Shown: positions 21,725 through 31,682, counted from the stretch's first letter. The stretch is 64,000 bases of DNA from an uncultured Bacteroidota bacterium (GCA_963775555.1 CAVZJJ010000004.1:408420-472419), one strand, 5' to 3'. The notes: a model not told the origin generated them from the sequence alone. Numbers and translations are program-made.

Positions 21725-22696
21725 TTACCAATATTTTCCGGGCAATAAATAGCCTGAAACATAATCTTTCACGCCTTCTTCAAGGGAATAAAATTCTTTA
21801 GAATATCCGATTAACTTAGTTTACGACATGTCAGCCTCTGTAAAGTATTGATATTTTTCTCCGATGTCCTCAGGCGTATCGATGAATTCAATCTTGGACT
21901 CGCAGCTAACGCAGAAAAAGTATTTTGAGCCAAAGAAAAAAAAGTTCTTGCTTTACCGGATCCCAGATTGTACAACCCTGAATCTTTACGGTGATGCAGG
22001 AAGAAATAGCATACTTCAACTACATCTTTTACATAGACAAAATCGCGCAATTGTTCCCCATCTTTATAATCCGGACGATGCGAACGAAACAACTTCATAC
22101 TTCCATTTTTTCGAATCTGATGAAAGGCATGAAATATAACTGAAGCCATCCGTCCTTTATGATTTTCATTCGGCCCATACACATTAAAGAATTTTAGTCC
22201 GACCCAGAAATACGGCTGTTTCTCCTGTTGAAGAGCCCATTTATCAAAGTCGTTTTTGGATTCCCCATAAGGATTTAATGGTACTAACTTTTCAACAATG
22301 CATGATCATCTTTGTATACCATGTTCACCGCTGCCATAAGTTGCAGCGGAGGATGCATAGACAAGGGGAAGTCCAAATTCAACACATAGTCATTCCAGAT
22401 TTCTTTTGTGTAATTGAGATTAAGTTCATCAAAAACCGTTTTGTCGAATTCAGTGGTATCTGTTCTTGCACCAATATGAAATATAAACTGAACAAATTTA
22501 TGATTTTCTTTCGAAGCCATTGGAATGAAAAAATTTTCTTTCCACCTTTGCGGTAAATTTTTTCGCTAGAATGATTGGATTCCTTCTCAGCATGTGAAAA
22601 ATCATCGACCAGGATAATGTCATTGAATCCTTCGTCATTCAGTTTTCTTACTAAACAACTGCCAATGAATCCGGCAGCGCCGGTAATTACGATCAT
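21725..22696 (-). CDS. ADP-L-glycero-D-manno-heptose 6-epimerase-like SDR, about three frame breaks
   Basis: [32 protein letters not shown], then [11 protein letters not shown], then [23 protein letters not shown]...[14 protein letters not shown], in three frames. This is the HldD/RfaD-like pattern. Confidence 0.65.
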
Positions 22697-22896
22697 GAGA
22701 TATAGAGTATTAAAAGTAAAATCTCCGGAAGAACATCAGCAGGTGTAAGGCCGGTTTCGTAACAACAATTTCTAATCAATGGATGAATAAAACTCTGAAT
22801 TGATTTCTGCAAAGGAAACGGAAAACATCCTTATGCGCAAGTGCGCATTGAGGATGAATACATATAGAAATGCACGAGCCCTTACTGCGGTTAATC

Positions 22897-23751
22897 TTAT
22901 TTTTCAGCACGAGTAAGGAAAACAGGCTCTGTCAACTTATTTATAAGGCCCAGTTCAAATCCTTTACGGTAAAGTGTGCTTATGGCTTCACGACCTTGTG
23001 TACCAAGATCCAGGGAGTAGTCATTCACATAAAGTTGGATATGCTTTTGGATGACTTCCTCATCCAATTCCTGTGCGTGCTCTTTTACATAACCCATTAC
23101 AGCTAATGGATGGGAACGGGCATATTCGACGCTTTTTCTCAGAAGTGAATTTACTTTTAGTTTAAGATCTTCATCCAAAGTCCTTCGAATAGCGATTCCT
23201 CCCAGCGGAATCGCTTGACCTGTACTTGATTCCCAAAGAGTACCCAGGTCTGCAATTTTAAAAAGTCCTTTCTGTTGGTAGGTAAATCTGTTTTCGTGAA
23301 TAATTACTCCTGCGTCGACTTCTCCGGAAAGCACGGCATTTTCAATTTTTGAAAACACCATTTCTTTTTTGACTTTAATGTGAGGGTAGAAGAGAGAGAA
23401 GAGAAAATTAGCGGTAGTATATTTCCCGGGGATGGCGACTGATCGGATTTCATCCTCCGGATTTTTAAATTCTTTTTTTGAAATCAACAAAGGACCCACT
23501 CCTTTTCCTAGGGCGGCACCCGAATCCAGAAGCTGGTAATGATCACTGAGGAATGCATAGGCAAAAAAACTGAGCTTGGTGATGTCGAGTTGAGCTAAAA
23601 AAGCTTTCCGGTTCAGACTTTCTACATCATCTATTACAGGTTTGAATGAAATTGCTTCCGTATCAATTTTCTGATGTACAAGTGCATCGAAAAGAAAAGT
23701 GTCATTTGGGCAAGGCGAAAAACCGATACTCAATACAGGCTTGTTGCTCAT
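22897..23751 (-). CDS. mqnD: 1,4-dihydroxy-6-naphthoate synthase (futalosine pathway)
   Basis: The N-terminus SIGFSPCPNDTFLFDALVH is characteristic of MqnD. Intact 284 aa, adjacent to mqnB. Confidence 0.8.
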   Translation of the reverse strand: MSNKPVLSIGFSPCPNDTFLFDALVHQKIDTEAISFKPVIDDVESLNRKAFLAQLDITKLSFFAYAFLSDHYQLLDSGAALGKGVGPLLISKKEFKNPEDEIRSVAIPGKYTTANFLFSLFYPHIKVKKEMVFSKIENAVLSGEVDAGVIIHENRFTYQQKGLFKIADLGTLWESSTGQAIPLGGIAIRRTLDEDLKLKVNSLLRKSVEYARSHPLAVMGYVKEHAQELDEEVIQKHIQLYVNDYSLDLGTQGREAISTLYRKGFELGLINKLTEPVFLTRAEK

Positions 23752-23768
23752 CTGTTGTTAGATCGAAT

Positions 23769-24386
23769 TTATATTTTTTCAAGAAGCATGGCGACGGCTT
23801 GTTTCATGCTTTTCAGGGCAAGTGGAAGATCCCAATTCATTTTATTTCTTCGTTCTACATAGTTTGAAATGGCCCGCAATTGGATAGAGGGGATACCGAA
23901 TTGGCCACATACATAAAAGAAAGCAGCGCCTTCCATAGTTTCTATATGTGGATGAAAGCGTTCATTCGCTTTTTGAATACTTGCTTCGTTCCCATGCACC
24001 GTATTTACCGTGATGCTTCTTACCTTTCGGAATTCTTCAATTTCTTTAACCTGGATCTCATCCATATTGAGTAGGATGTTCGTCCCTTCCAGGCCGATTT
24101 CTTTCAAGGAAAGAAATTCATTTCCGTCTTCAGCACCTAATTCGGACAGAATGTCTTCTGTAACTCTCACAATTTCTCCGAGCCGGAGACTTCTGTCGAA
24201 TGCACCGGCCAAGCCGGTGTTTATAGCAAGTTGAAAGGGCCTTGAAGAAAAACTCCGGGTAAGTGAAAAAGTGGTTGCCACCATCCCAATGCCGGTCACC
24301 AGAAACTCTACCTTGTGTTTTCTGAACCAGATATCCCGTAAAGGGGCAATTTCCTCTTCGCTGGCTGCCGAAATCAGAATGTCCAT
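23769..24386 (-). CDS. mqnB: futalosine hydrolase (PNP/UDP nucleosidase fold)
   Basis: Start at MDILISAASEEEIAPL (ATG 24386). Nucleosidase-like core GIGMVATTF...METMEGAAFFYVC. Immediately upstream of mqnD. Confidence 0.75.
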   Translation of the reverse strand: MDILISAASEEEIAPLRDIWFRKHKVEFLVTGIGMVATTFSLTRSFSSRPFQLAINTGLAGAFDRSLRLGEIVRVTEDILSELGAEDGNEFLSLKEIGLEGTNILLNMDEIQVKEIEEFRKVRSITVNTVHGNEASIQKANERFHPHIETMEGAAFFYVCGQFGIPSIQLRAISNYVERRNKMNWDLPLALKSMKQAVAMLLEKI

Positions 24387-24432
24387 AGGTGCAAAGATAG
24401 GAGGAAATGAAAGTCTTCTTGCAACGAAATTG

Positions 24433-24440
24433 TATCTTTG
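24433..24440 (+). promoter_or_regulatory. -7 box TATCTTTG
   Basis: TAnnTTTG 20 nt upstream of the ATG at 24460. It lies in the spacer between the divergent mqnB and PTPS starts. Confidence 0.45.
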
Positions 24441-24459
24441 CAAACTTTATCCTTTAAAA

Positions 24460-24873
24460 ATGGTTTATATCACACGAAAAGAAACATTCAGTGCCGCCCA
24501 TAAACTAGCCCGTCCGGATTGGTCGCCTGAGAAAAACCTGGAAGTTTTTGGTAAATGCTCAAACCAAAACTGGCATGGTCACAATTATATTCTCTGGGTA
24601 ACAGTAAAAGGGAAAGTAAATCCTGAAACAGGGTTTGTTACAAATCTGAGTGATGTGAGTAATGTATTGCGGACTTTTATTTTGGATAAGCTGGACCATA
24701 AAAACCTCGATATGGATGTTGATTTTATGAAAGGGAAATTCAGCTCGACCGAGGTGCTGGCTACAGAGATTTGGAATCAAATCGTAAAGCCCATTAACCT
24801 TCTTGGATGCAAATTACACTGCGTCAAAATCCAGGAAACAGAAAAAAATGCTGTTGAATATTTTGGTGAATAA
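24460..24873 (+). CDS. 6-pyruvoyl-tetrahydropterin synthase (PTPS-I / QueD superfamily)
   Basis: FGKCSNQNWHGHNYILWVTVKG and LDHKNLDMDV closely resemble mammalian PTPS (GKCNNPNGHGHNY, LDHKNLDMDV). The Cys-x5-HGH spacing is the PTPS type rather than the QueD type. Confidence 0.8.
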   Translation: MVYITRKETFSAAHKLARPDWSPEKNLEVFGKCSNQNWHGHNYILWVTVKGKVNPETGFVTNLSDVSNVLRTFILDKLDHKNLDMDVDFMKGKFSSTEVLATEIWNQIVKPINLLGCKLHCVKIQETEKNAVEYFGE

Positions 24874-24882
24874 ATTACGACT

Positions 24883-25518
24883 ATGACACTCAATAAAAAG
24901 ATGCTCGAAGAAAATGACATGGATGGATATGTCAAGCTGGATCAGTACAATCCCAAATTGATAGCGGAATTGGCTACCAATTTCAGCTCAATCATTAGTG
25001 GAATCGGAGAGGATGTTCAGCGGGAAGGTCTCAACAAAACCCCTGAGCGTGCGGCTAAATCCATGCAGTTTTTGACGCACGGATACGATTTGGATCCGAC
25101 TGCAATTCTACGGTCCGCAATTTTTAAAGATGAATACCGGCAAATGGTCATCGTGAAAGACATAGAAATCTATTCACTTTGTGAGCATCACCTGCTGCCT
25201 TTTTTTGGGAAAGCTCATGTAGCTTACATCCCCAATGGATCCATAGTCGGATTGAGTAAAATCCCCCGCATTGTCGATGCATTTGCCCGACGTTTGCAGG
25301 TTCAGGAGCGGCTTACGACCGATATACGGGACTGCCTTCAAAATGCACTGAATCCTCTTGGGGTTGCCGTTGTGATTGAAGCGAAGCATCTCTGTATGCT
25401 CATGCGTGGAATTCAAAAACAAAATTCTGTGGCTACGACTTCAGCTTTTACAGGAGAATTTGAGAACGAGAAGACCCGGGCAGAGTTTTTCCGGCTGATA
25501 GCTGCCAATCTTTCATAA
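24883..25518 (+). CDS. folE: GTP cyclohydrolase I
   Basis: Motifs [20 protein letters not shown] and [14 protein letters not shown]. Confidence 0.9.
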   Translation: MTLNKKMLEENDMDGYVKLDQYNPKLIAELATNFSSIISGIGEDVQREGLNKTPERAAKSMQFLTHGYDLDPTAILRSAIFKDEYRQMVIVKDIEIYSLCEHHLLPFFGKAHVAYIPNGSIVGLSKIPRIVDAFARRLQVQERLTTDIRDCLQNALNPLGVAVVIEAKHLCMLMRGIQKQNSVATTSAFTGEFENEKTRAEFFRLIAANLS

Positions 25519-25602
25519 AATATATTCTGGCAGGGGATTTGTCCTCCAAGAAATTGGATTTAATTATTTCGTAATTTTGCAAATCAAAGCCCAAAAATAA
25601 AA

Positions 25603-26340
25603 ATGGACAACAACAATATGAATTTCAACATCGGTAATCAACCCGGTCTTGCGCAATCAACAACTACGAGCAAATCTTTTCTTTCAGGAGTATTCTCCTG
25701 GATGGGAATTGCTTTGGCAATCTCAGCTGTGACTGCCTATGTATTTGGAACAGACATGTCTTATATGAGTTACCTGATTAACACTGATAGTGGCGGTTTG
25801 TCAGGTCTCGGTTATGTAGTGATGTTTGCTCCGCTTGGCATGGTGCTCCTGATGGGAATTGGATTTAACAAAATGTCGGCGGCTGCCCTCACCGGAGTGT
25901 TTTTATTGTATTCTATCATAATGGGGATAAGTTTAAGTTTCATCTTTATTGCATATGCACAAAGTGTCATTTATCAGGTTTTCTTCATCAGCGCTGCTAT
26001 GTTTGGTACAATGGCATTGGTTGGATATACGACTAAGACAGACCTTACAAAAATGGGAAGTCTTCTTTTTATGGCCCTTATTGGGATTATCATTGCCAGC
26101 GTGGTGAACATGTTTATGAAGAGTGACGGTCTTGGTTACGCCATCAGCTTTATTGCTGTTATCGTTTTCACAGGACTTACCGCATATGATGTTCAAAAAC
26201 TTAAAAACATGGGCAACACGGTAGAAGGTGGTACTGAAGCAACTGCAAAATTGAGTATTCTGGGTGCCCTCACTTTGTACCTGGATTTCATTAACCTCTT
26301 TCTTGCACTTTTACGTGTTTTCGGAGGCCGTCGTAGCTAA
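25603..26340 (+). CDS. Bax inhibitor-1/YccA family membrane protein
   Basis: Seven predicted TM segments and the C-terminal motif LYLDFINLFLALLRVFG typical of BI-1/YccA. Confidence 0.8.
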   Translation: MDNNNMNFNIGNQPGLAQSTTTSKSFLSGVFSWMGIALAISAVTAYVFGTDMSYMSYLINTDSGGLSGLGYVVMFAPLGMVLLMGIGFNKMSAAALTGVFLLYSIIMGISLSFIFIAYAQSVIYQVFFISAAMFGTMALVGYTTKTDLTKMGSLLFMALIGIIIASVVNMFMKSDGLGYAISFIAVIVFTGLTAYDVQKLKNMGNTVEGGTEATAKLSILGALTLYLDFINLFLALLRVFGGRRS

Positions 26341-26367
26341 GAGTTAACGGTTTAAAAGATTGAAATC

Positions 26368-26396
26368 AGCCCCGGAAAGTTCGGGGCTTTTTTTTG
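26368..26396 (+). terminator. rho-independent terminator
   Basis: AGCCCCG GAAAGTT CGGGGCT hairpin followed by a T8 run. Confidence 0.8.
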
Positions 26397-26472
26397 TGCT
26401 GATTGGAAAGAATTAGATGTGCTTTGATTTGTTTCGATTCAATCTTATATTGCTGAACCTAATAATTGTGAA

Positions 26473-27363
26473 ATGATGAAGAAAGCTTATTTATTTCCAG
26501 GACAAGGTTCCCAGTTTCCAGGTATGGGAAAAGATCTTTATGAAAATAATTCGGTTGCCCGGCAAATGTTTGAGACAGCCAATGGGATATTGGGTTTCAG
26601 GATCACTGACATCATGTTTGGGGGTACGGAAGAAGAATTAAAGCAGACGCGGGTTACTCAGCCTGCCATTTTTCTCCACTCTGTTATTCTGCATGAAACA
26701 CTTGGTACAAGTCAGGAGGCTTCCATGGTCGCCGGGCATTCACTTGGTGAATTCTCATCGCTTGTTGCCAACAAGGCATTGTCTTATGAAGACGGATTAA
26801 AATTAGTATCTATTCGGGCAAAGGCTATGCAAAGGGCTTGTGAATTAGTTCCATCCACCATGGCAGCCGTACTCAGTCTGGATGATAAAATTGTAGAAAA
26901 TATTTGCTCGGAGATTAGTGCTGAGGGCGAGATTGTAGTGCCTGCCAATTATAATTGTCCAGGTCAGTTAGTGATCTCCGGTTCTATTAAAGGAATCAAT
27001 GAGGCCTGCGAGCGGATGAAAGCAGCCGGTGCAAAAAGAGCGCTGGTGCTTAGTGTTGGTGGTGCCTTCCATTCTCCTTTTATGGATCCGGCAAAGGAAG
27101 AATTGGCCGGAGCAATTCATGCCACCAGTTTCCACACACCCATTTGTCCGGTCTATCAAAATGTGAATGCTTTACCGGTAATGGATCCTGCTGAGATCAA
27201 GGATAATCTGATTAAACAACTTACTGCGCCTGTTCGATGGACACAGACGATACAAAACATGGTGACTGACGGGGCTGTTCAATTCATTGAAGTGGGCCCT
27301 GGTAAGGTATTGCAAGGTTTGGTGAAAAAAATCAATAAAGATATTGAGGCAGTATCTGCCTGA
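26473..27363 (+). CDS. fabD: ACP S-malonyltransferase
   Basis: Motifs FPGQGSQFPGMG, active-site GHSLGEFS and GAFHSPFM. Confidence 0.9.
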   Translation: MMKKAYLFPGQGSQFPGMGKDLYENNSVARQMFETANGILGFRITDIMFGGTEEELKQTRVTQPAIFLHSVILHETLGTSQEASMVAGHSLGEFSSLVANKALSYEDGLKLVSIRAKAMQRACELVPSTMAAVLSLDDKIVENICSEISAEGEIVVPANYNCPGQLVISGSIKGINEACERMKAAGAKRALVLSVGGAFHSPFMDPAKEELAGAIHATSFHTPICPVYQNVNALPVMDPAEIKDNLIKQLTAPVRWTQTIQNMVTDGAVQFIEVGPGKVLQGLVKKINKDIEAVSA

Positions 27364-27427
27364 TTGTTGTTATCAAATTTATTTTTAGCAAAATCACAGG
27401 GCATCACGAACAGGCAACTCCAGACAC

Positions 27428-28954
27428 ATGGCCATTTTAAACTCCTTCCTGAGTTGGTTAATGAAAAAGCGGATCCACCAGATCGAGTTATTCATTAAAT
27501 ATCCGCACGAGGTGCAGCAAGACTGGTTCCACCGTCTCATTGATTCAGCCAGAAATACAGAGTGGGGTCTTCGTTATGATTATAAGTCGGTCAGGAATTT
27601 TGTTGATTTCAAAAACCGGGTGCCTATTCAGAATTATGAAAGCACCAAGCCCTACATTGATCGCCTCATGAAGGGTGAACAGAATATTTTATGGCCTTCC
27701 GATATAAAGTGGTTTGCAAAATCCTCCGGAACCACTGCCGGGAAGAGTAAATATATTCCCGTCAGTAATGAAGCAATGGAAGAATGTCATTTCAAGGGAG
27801 GCAAAGACCTGCTCTCTCTATACTGTAATAATTTTCCTGAGACCCGGATTTTCTCCGGCAAAGCTCTGAGTTTGGGTGGCAGCCATCAACTCAACATCGG
27901 GAACAGTGATTCATTTAACGGGGATATCTCAGCGATTTTGATGCAAAATCTTCCATTCTGGGTACAAATGATACGGACTCCTGAACTTTCAATCGCATTG
28001 ATGGATCGATGGGAGGAGAAGATTGATAAAATGGTTGAGGTAACGATTAAAGAAAACGTGACCAGTCTGAGTGGAGTTCCGACCTGGACGCTTGTGTTGG
28101 CAAAAAAAATCCTGGAAGTGACCGGAAAGAAGAACCTTTTGGAAGTCTGGCCCAACCTTGAACTATTTATTCATGGTGCGGTTAGTTTTACTCCCTACAT
28201 TGAACAATTTCGGCAATTAATTCCTTCGTCAGGATTTCACTATGTTGAAACCTATAATGCATCCGAAGGATTTTTTGGGATACAGGACAGACTGGGCGCC
28301 AATGATATGTTGCTAATGCTGGATTACGGTGTTTTCTATGAGTTTATTCCAATGGAGGAGTATGGCAAAGACGATCCGCGAACTGTTCAATTGGAAGATG
28401 TGGAGCTCAATAAAAATTATGCCATCGTCATCACTACTAATGCAGGCTTATGGCGTTATGTAATAGGAGATACTATTCGATTTACATGCAAGCAACCCTA
28501 CAGGATTCGTATAACGGGAAGAACAAGATTATTTATCAATGCTTTTGGAGAGGAAGTCATCATTGAAAACACCGATGAAGCCATCCGGATTGCTTCCGAA
28601 AAAACAAATTCTTCAGTAAGAGATTATACAGTCGCACCGGTTTATTTTTCAGATGGAGAGAATGGCGCACACGAGTGGTTGATTGAATTTGAAAAAGCAC
28701 CTATCAGTCTTGAATATTTTACTGCCGTTCTGGATAATGCCTTAAAATCACTGAATTCAGATTATGAGGCAAAGCGTTATAAGGACCTCGCGCTCCGGTT
28801 TCCTATAATCAGGAACCTTCCCCAGGATAGTTTTTATGAATGGTTGAAGAGCAAGGGAAAGTTAGGTGGGCAATACAAAGTACCCCGTTTGTGCAATAAC
28901 CGGGAAATTCTGGAGGACATTTTAAAGACCCTTCACATATCTCCAATGAATTGA
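27428..28954 (+). CDS. GH3 family (auxin-responsive promoter family) acyl-adenylate-forming enzyme
   Basis: 508 aa. FAKSSGTTAGKSKYIPV is the GH3 P-loop-like motif, and YNASEGFFG and the C-terminal YKVPRL are typical of bacterial GH3 proteins. Confidence 0.8.
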   Translation: MAILNSFLSWLMKKRIHQIELFIKYPHEVQQDWFHRLIDSARNTEWGLRYDYKSVRNFVDFKNRVPIQNYESTKPYIDRLMKGEQNILWPSDIKWFAKSSGTTAGKSKYIPVSNEAMEECHFKGGKDLLSLYCNNFPETRIFSGKALSLGGSHQLNIGNSDSFNGDISAILMQNLPFWVQMIRTPELSIALMDRWEEKIDKMVEVTIKENVTSLSGVPTWTLVLAKKILEVTGKKNLLEVWPNLELFIHGAVSFTPYIEQFRQLIPSSGFHYVETYNASEGFFGIQDRLGANDMLLMLDYGVFYEFIPMEEYGKDDPRTVQLEDVELNKNYAIVITTNAGLWRYVIGDTIRFTCKQPYRIRITGRTRLFINAFGEEVIIENTDEAIRIASEKTNSSVRDYTVAPVYFSDGENGAHEWLIEFEKAPISLEYFTAVLDNALKSLNSDYEAKRYKDLALRFPIIRNLPQDSFYEWLKSKGKLGGQYKVPRLCNNREILEDILKTLHISPMN

Positions 28955-28959
28955 TCGAC

Positions 28960-29745
28960 ATGAAAGCGATAGTTTTATTTCTCTCCATCTTCTTCCTTAG
29001 CTTCTCCGGAGAAAATTATACATGGATTGACGGCATTCCATTCTCAGAAGTACATTTTATGACCACCGACAATCTGGGAAATACCTATGTAATTGTTGGG
29101 AATCAACTTTTACAGTTTCAAGCTTCCGGTAAACCGAAAGCCAATTTCAGTGAGAATACTATGGGTGAGTTAAGAAGTGTTGATGCTTCCAATCCATTAA
29201 AGCTGTTATTGTTTTATCCTGATTTTGGGAGGTTGATCGTGTTAAATTCACAGCTTGCGGTGCAATCGACCATTCATTTACGCGAGTTGGGAATTCCACA
29301 GCCCTCTATTGCCTGTAATTCAGAATACGGCGGGTATTGGGTTTTCGACCGTCAGGATTTCCAATTGAAAAAAGTGGATTTGAATCTGCAAGTTGCCTAC
29401 CAGAGCGGGGATGTGATGAGTCTGACAGGGTTGAAAGTGAATCCGAATTATCTTGTTGAATATGATGGCTTCGTCTATATGAATGATCCTGTAAATGGGA
29501 TTTTAGTTTTTGACCGCTATGGCACCTATTTCAAAACCATAGCCATGAAGCCGGCAGCTTGTTTTCAGATAATTAAAAACGAGTTACTCTATTTATCAGG
29601 AGACACCTTGAAGGCATTCCATCTTAAAACCCTGCAGGAGCGAGAGATCCTGTTGCCGCCACACAATTCCGCAATTTGCGCGAGAATTGAAAATCAGGAA
29701 CTTTATTTATTAACAAGTGATTCATTGGCTTTTTATTCTTTTTAG
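28960..29745 (+). CDS. hypothetical exported protein
   Basis: Signal peptide MKAIVLFLSIFFLSFSG. Beta-rich sequence with no recognisable motif. It starts 5 nt after the GH3 stop. Confidence 0.6.
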   Translation: MKAIVLFLSIFFLSFSGENYTWIDGIPFSEVHFMTTDNLGNTYVIVGNQLLQFQASGKPKANFSENTMGELRSVDASNPLKLLLFYPDFGRLIVLNSQLAVQSTIHLRELGIPQPSIACNSEYGGYWVFDRQDFQLKKVDLNLQVAYQSGDVMSLTGLKVNPNYLVEYDGFVYMNDPVNGILVFDRYGTYFKTIAMKPAACFQIIKNELLYLSGDTLKAFHLKTLQEREILLPPHNSAICARIENQELYLLTSDSLAFYSF

Positions 29746-29795
29746 CTTCGCATCAGTAAAGAAACACAACTCTTCCATCAACACAATTCAGATCC

Positions 29796-30548
29796 ATGGC
29801 ATCAAAGTCCACAACCATCCGTAAATCCAGTACAAAAGCTCCGGCAAAATCATCTGGAAAATCTGCTCCTGTAAAATCCGCTCCTGCAAAAAGCACTGAG
29901 AAGTATGCTCCTACCAAGAAGCAACTCTCTCCTTTACACATTGCCATTGCAGGAAATATTGGAGCCGGAAAAACAACACTTACATCTTTACTGGCAAAAA
30001 ACATGAAGTGGGATCCTCACTACGAAGATGTAGATGATAATCCATACCTGAATGATTTTTATGAAGACATGCAACGCTGGTCATTCAATTTACAGATATT
30101 TTTTCTAAATTCAAGATTCGAACAAATCACAAGAATCCGTCAAAGTGGGAAGACCGTGATTCAGGACCGTACTATATATGAGGATGCACATATTTTTGCG
30201 CCGAATCTTCATTCAATGGGTTTGATGACGACCCGCGACTTTAACAATTACCAGGACTTGTTCAACTTGATGAGCAAATTCGTTTCTCCACCTGATCTCC
30301 TTATTTATCTGCGTGGCAGTGTACCTACACTTGTCAATCAAATTGCAAAGCGTGGACGTGATTATGAGAATTCTATCCGTATTGATTATTTAAAACGGCT
30401 CAATGAGCGTTACGAAGCATGGATATCCACTTATGAACAAGGTAAATTGCTCGTTATTGATATCGATGATATTAATTTCGCTGATAATCCGGAAGATCTT
30501 GGAAAGATTGTAAATAAAATAAATGCCGAGATAAACGGATTATTTTAG
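29796..30548 (+). CDS. deoxynucleoside kinase with Lys/Ala/Pro/Ser-rich N-terminal extension
   Basis: P-loop IAIAGNIGAGKTTL, the DRTIYED substrate motif and the dNK lid region. It is preceded by about 46 aa (KAPAKSSGKSAPVKSAPAKS). Confidence 0.85.
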   Translation: MASKSTTIRKSSTKAPAKSSGKSAPVKSAPAKSTEKYAPTKKQLSPLHIAIAGNIGAGKTTLTSLLAKNMKWDPHYEDVDDNPYLNDFYEDMQRWSFNLQIFFLNSRFEQITRIRQSGKTVIQDRTIYEDAHIFAPNLHSMGLMTTRDFNNYQDLFNLMSKFVSPPDLLIYLRGSVPTLVNQIAKRGRDYENSIRIDYLKRLNERYEAWISTYEQGKLLVIDIDDINFADNPEDLGKIVNKINAEINGLF

Positions 30549-30564
30549 AAAAGAAGTTTAATAG

Positions 30565-30610
30565 AAAAAATCGCCGGAGTTCCTGATTAGGAATTGCCGG
30601 CGATTTTTTT
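30565..30610. terminator. bidirectional rho-independent terminator
   Basis: AAAAAATCGCCGG ... CCGGCGATTTTTT long stem between the convergent dNK and cytochrome c genes. Confidence 0.8.
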
Positions 30611-30680
30611 GTTCAATTTTCCGAAAAAATTATTCCATGGCCACTGTGCAATAGAATTCTTTCTTTTACACCTTTTAGGA

Positions 30681-31682
30681 TTATATTCCTTTTCCTGCGG
30701 CAACAAATGTAGTCACTGAATTTTTTACCGGAGGAATGGTGCGAAGGTATTGGTAGATGGCTCCCAGATCTTCATTTGTCATGCCTCCAAAAAGCGTCCA
30801 GGGCATCACTGTGTTTTTCTGATGTTCTGCAACCGGGATCAGTAAAGGATTCCCGCTGGAGTCAACGAATGCTTTGAACTTTCCGATGAAGGTTTCTTTT
30901 GACAGAAGCCCAATTCCTGTTTCATTATCCGGGGTAATGTTTGCTGAATAATTGACATCACCATTAGGATAGGTGAATTTGAAACCGCCGGCAAACTCCA
31001 TTCCGGGTAAAAATTTTCCTTTCACTGATTGCGTATGGCATTCAATACAACCAACAGCATTGACCATGTACTTCCCATATTCAATCGTATTTGCCTTATT
31101 GGGAATTTCAGCTCTGAGAGTGATAGGGGCAGGCATTGTTTCAATAATAAAATTCAAGGGAAAATCAATGGAGCGCTCGGGTATTTTATTTTCAATTGCA
31201 GGTAATGAGCGGATATAGGCAATGAGACTCAAGACATCTTCCTTTGCCAGCCCTGCAAAATGGGTATAGGGCATGAGAGGGAAGAGGGCATCTCCATTTT
31301 TAGAAACACCATTTACCATTGCACGCATCAATTCACCATTGGTCCAGTTTCCAATTCCAGCGGGAGTGATGTTCCTGGCAAAAACCCGTCCGGGTACGTT
31401 GGCCTTTGCCAGATTGAATTCCTCGCCGCCTTTTCCCCATGTACCATCGATGACCGGTCCGGAATAAAATTGAAAATTGCGTTCAGAATGACAATCAATA
31501 CAACCCGTCACGTGGTGGGCGAGGTATGCACCCCTTTCCATTCTTTCAGGTGTAGCCGGCACCTGAAAATCATTAGCAGGAATTTTTACGGGATATGCTG
31601 AATTGAAATAAAGTAGTCCGGCCATGGAGGCTACCAAAAGAAAAAGCACGAGAAATCCGAAGATGCGAAGAATCTTTTTCAT
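30681..31682 (-). CDS. dihaem c-type cytochrome, membrane-anchored or exported
   Basis: N-terminal hydrophobic segment and two CxxCH haem-binding sites (CIDCH, CIECH). Confidence 0.8.
   Translation of the reverse strand: MKKILRIFGFLVLFLLVASMAGLLYFNSAYPVKIPANDFQVPATPERMERGAYLAHHVTGCIDCHSERNFQFYSGPVIDGTWGKGGEEFNLAKANVPGRVFARNITPAGIGNWTNGELMRAMVNGVSKNGDALFPLMPYTHFAGLAKEDVLSLIAYIRSLPAIENKIPERSIDFPLNFIIETMPAPITLRAEIPNKANTIEYGKYMVNAVGCIECHTQSVKGKFLPGMEFAGGFKFTYPNGDVNYSANITPDNETGIGLLSKETFIGKFKAFVDSSGNPLLIPVAEHQKNTVMPWTLFGGMTNEDLGAIYQYLRTIPPVKNSVTTFVAAGKGI

Noticed and set aside
21550-21762. 70-aa minus-strand ORF
   Set aside because: It spans the MerR-like gene tail and the bidirectional terminator at 21680-21710, which is incompatible with a real coding region.
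29753-30004. 83-aa minus-strand ORF
   Set aside because: It is antisense to the low-complexity N-terminal tail of the deoxynucleoside kinase and is a composition artefact.
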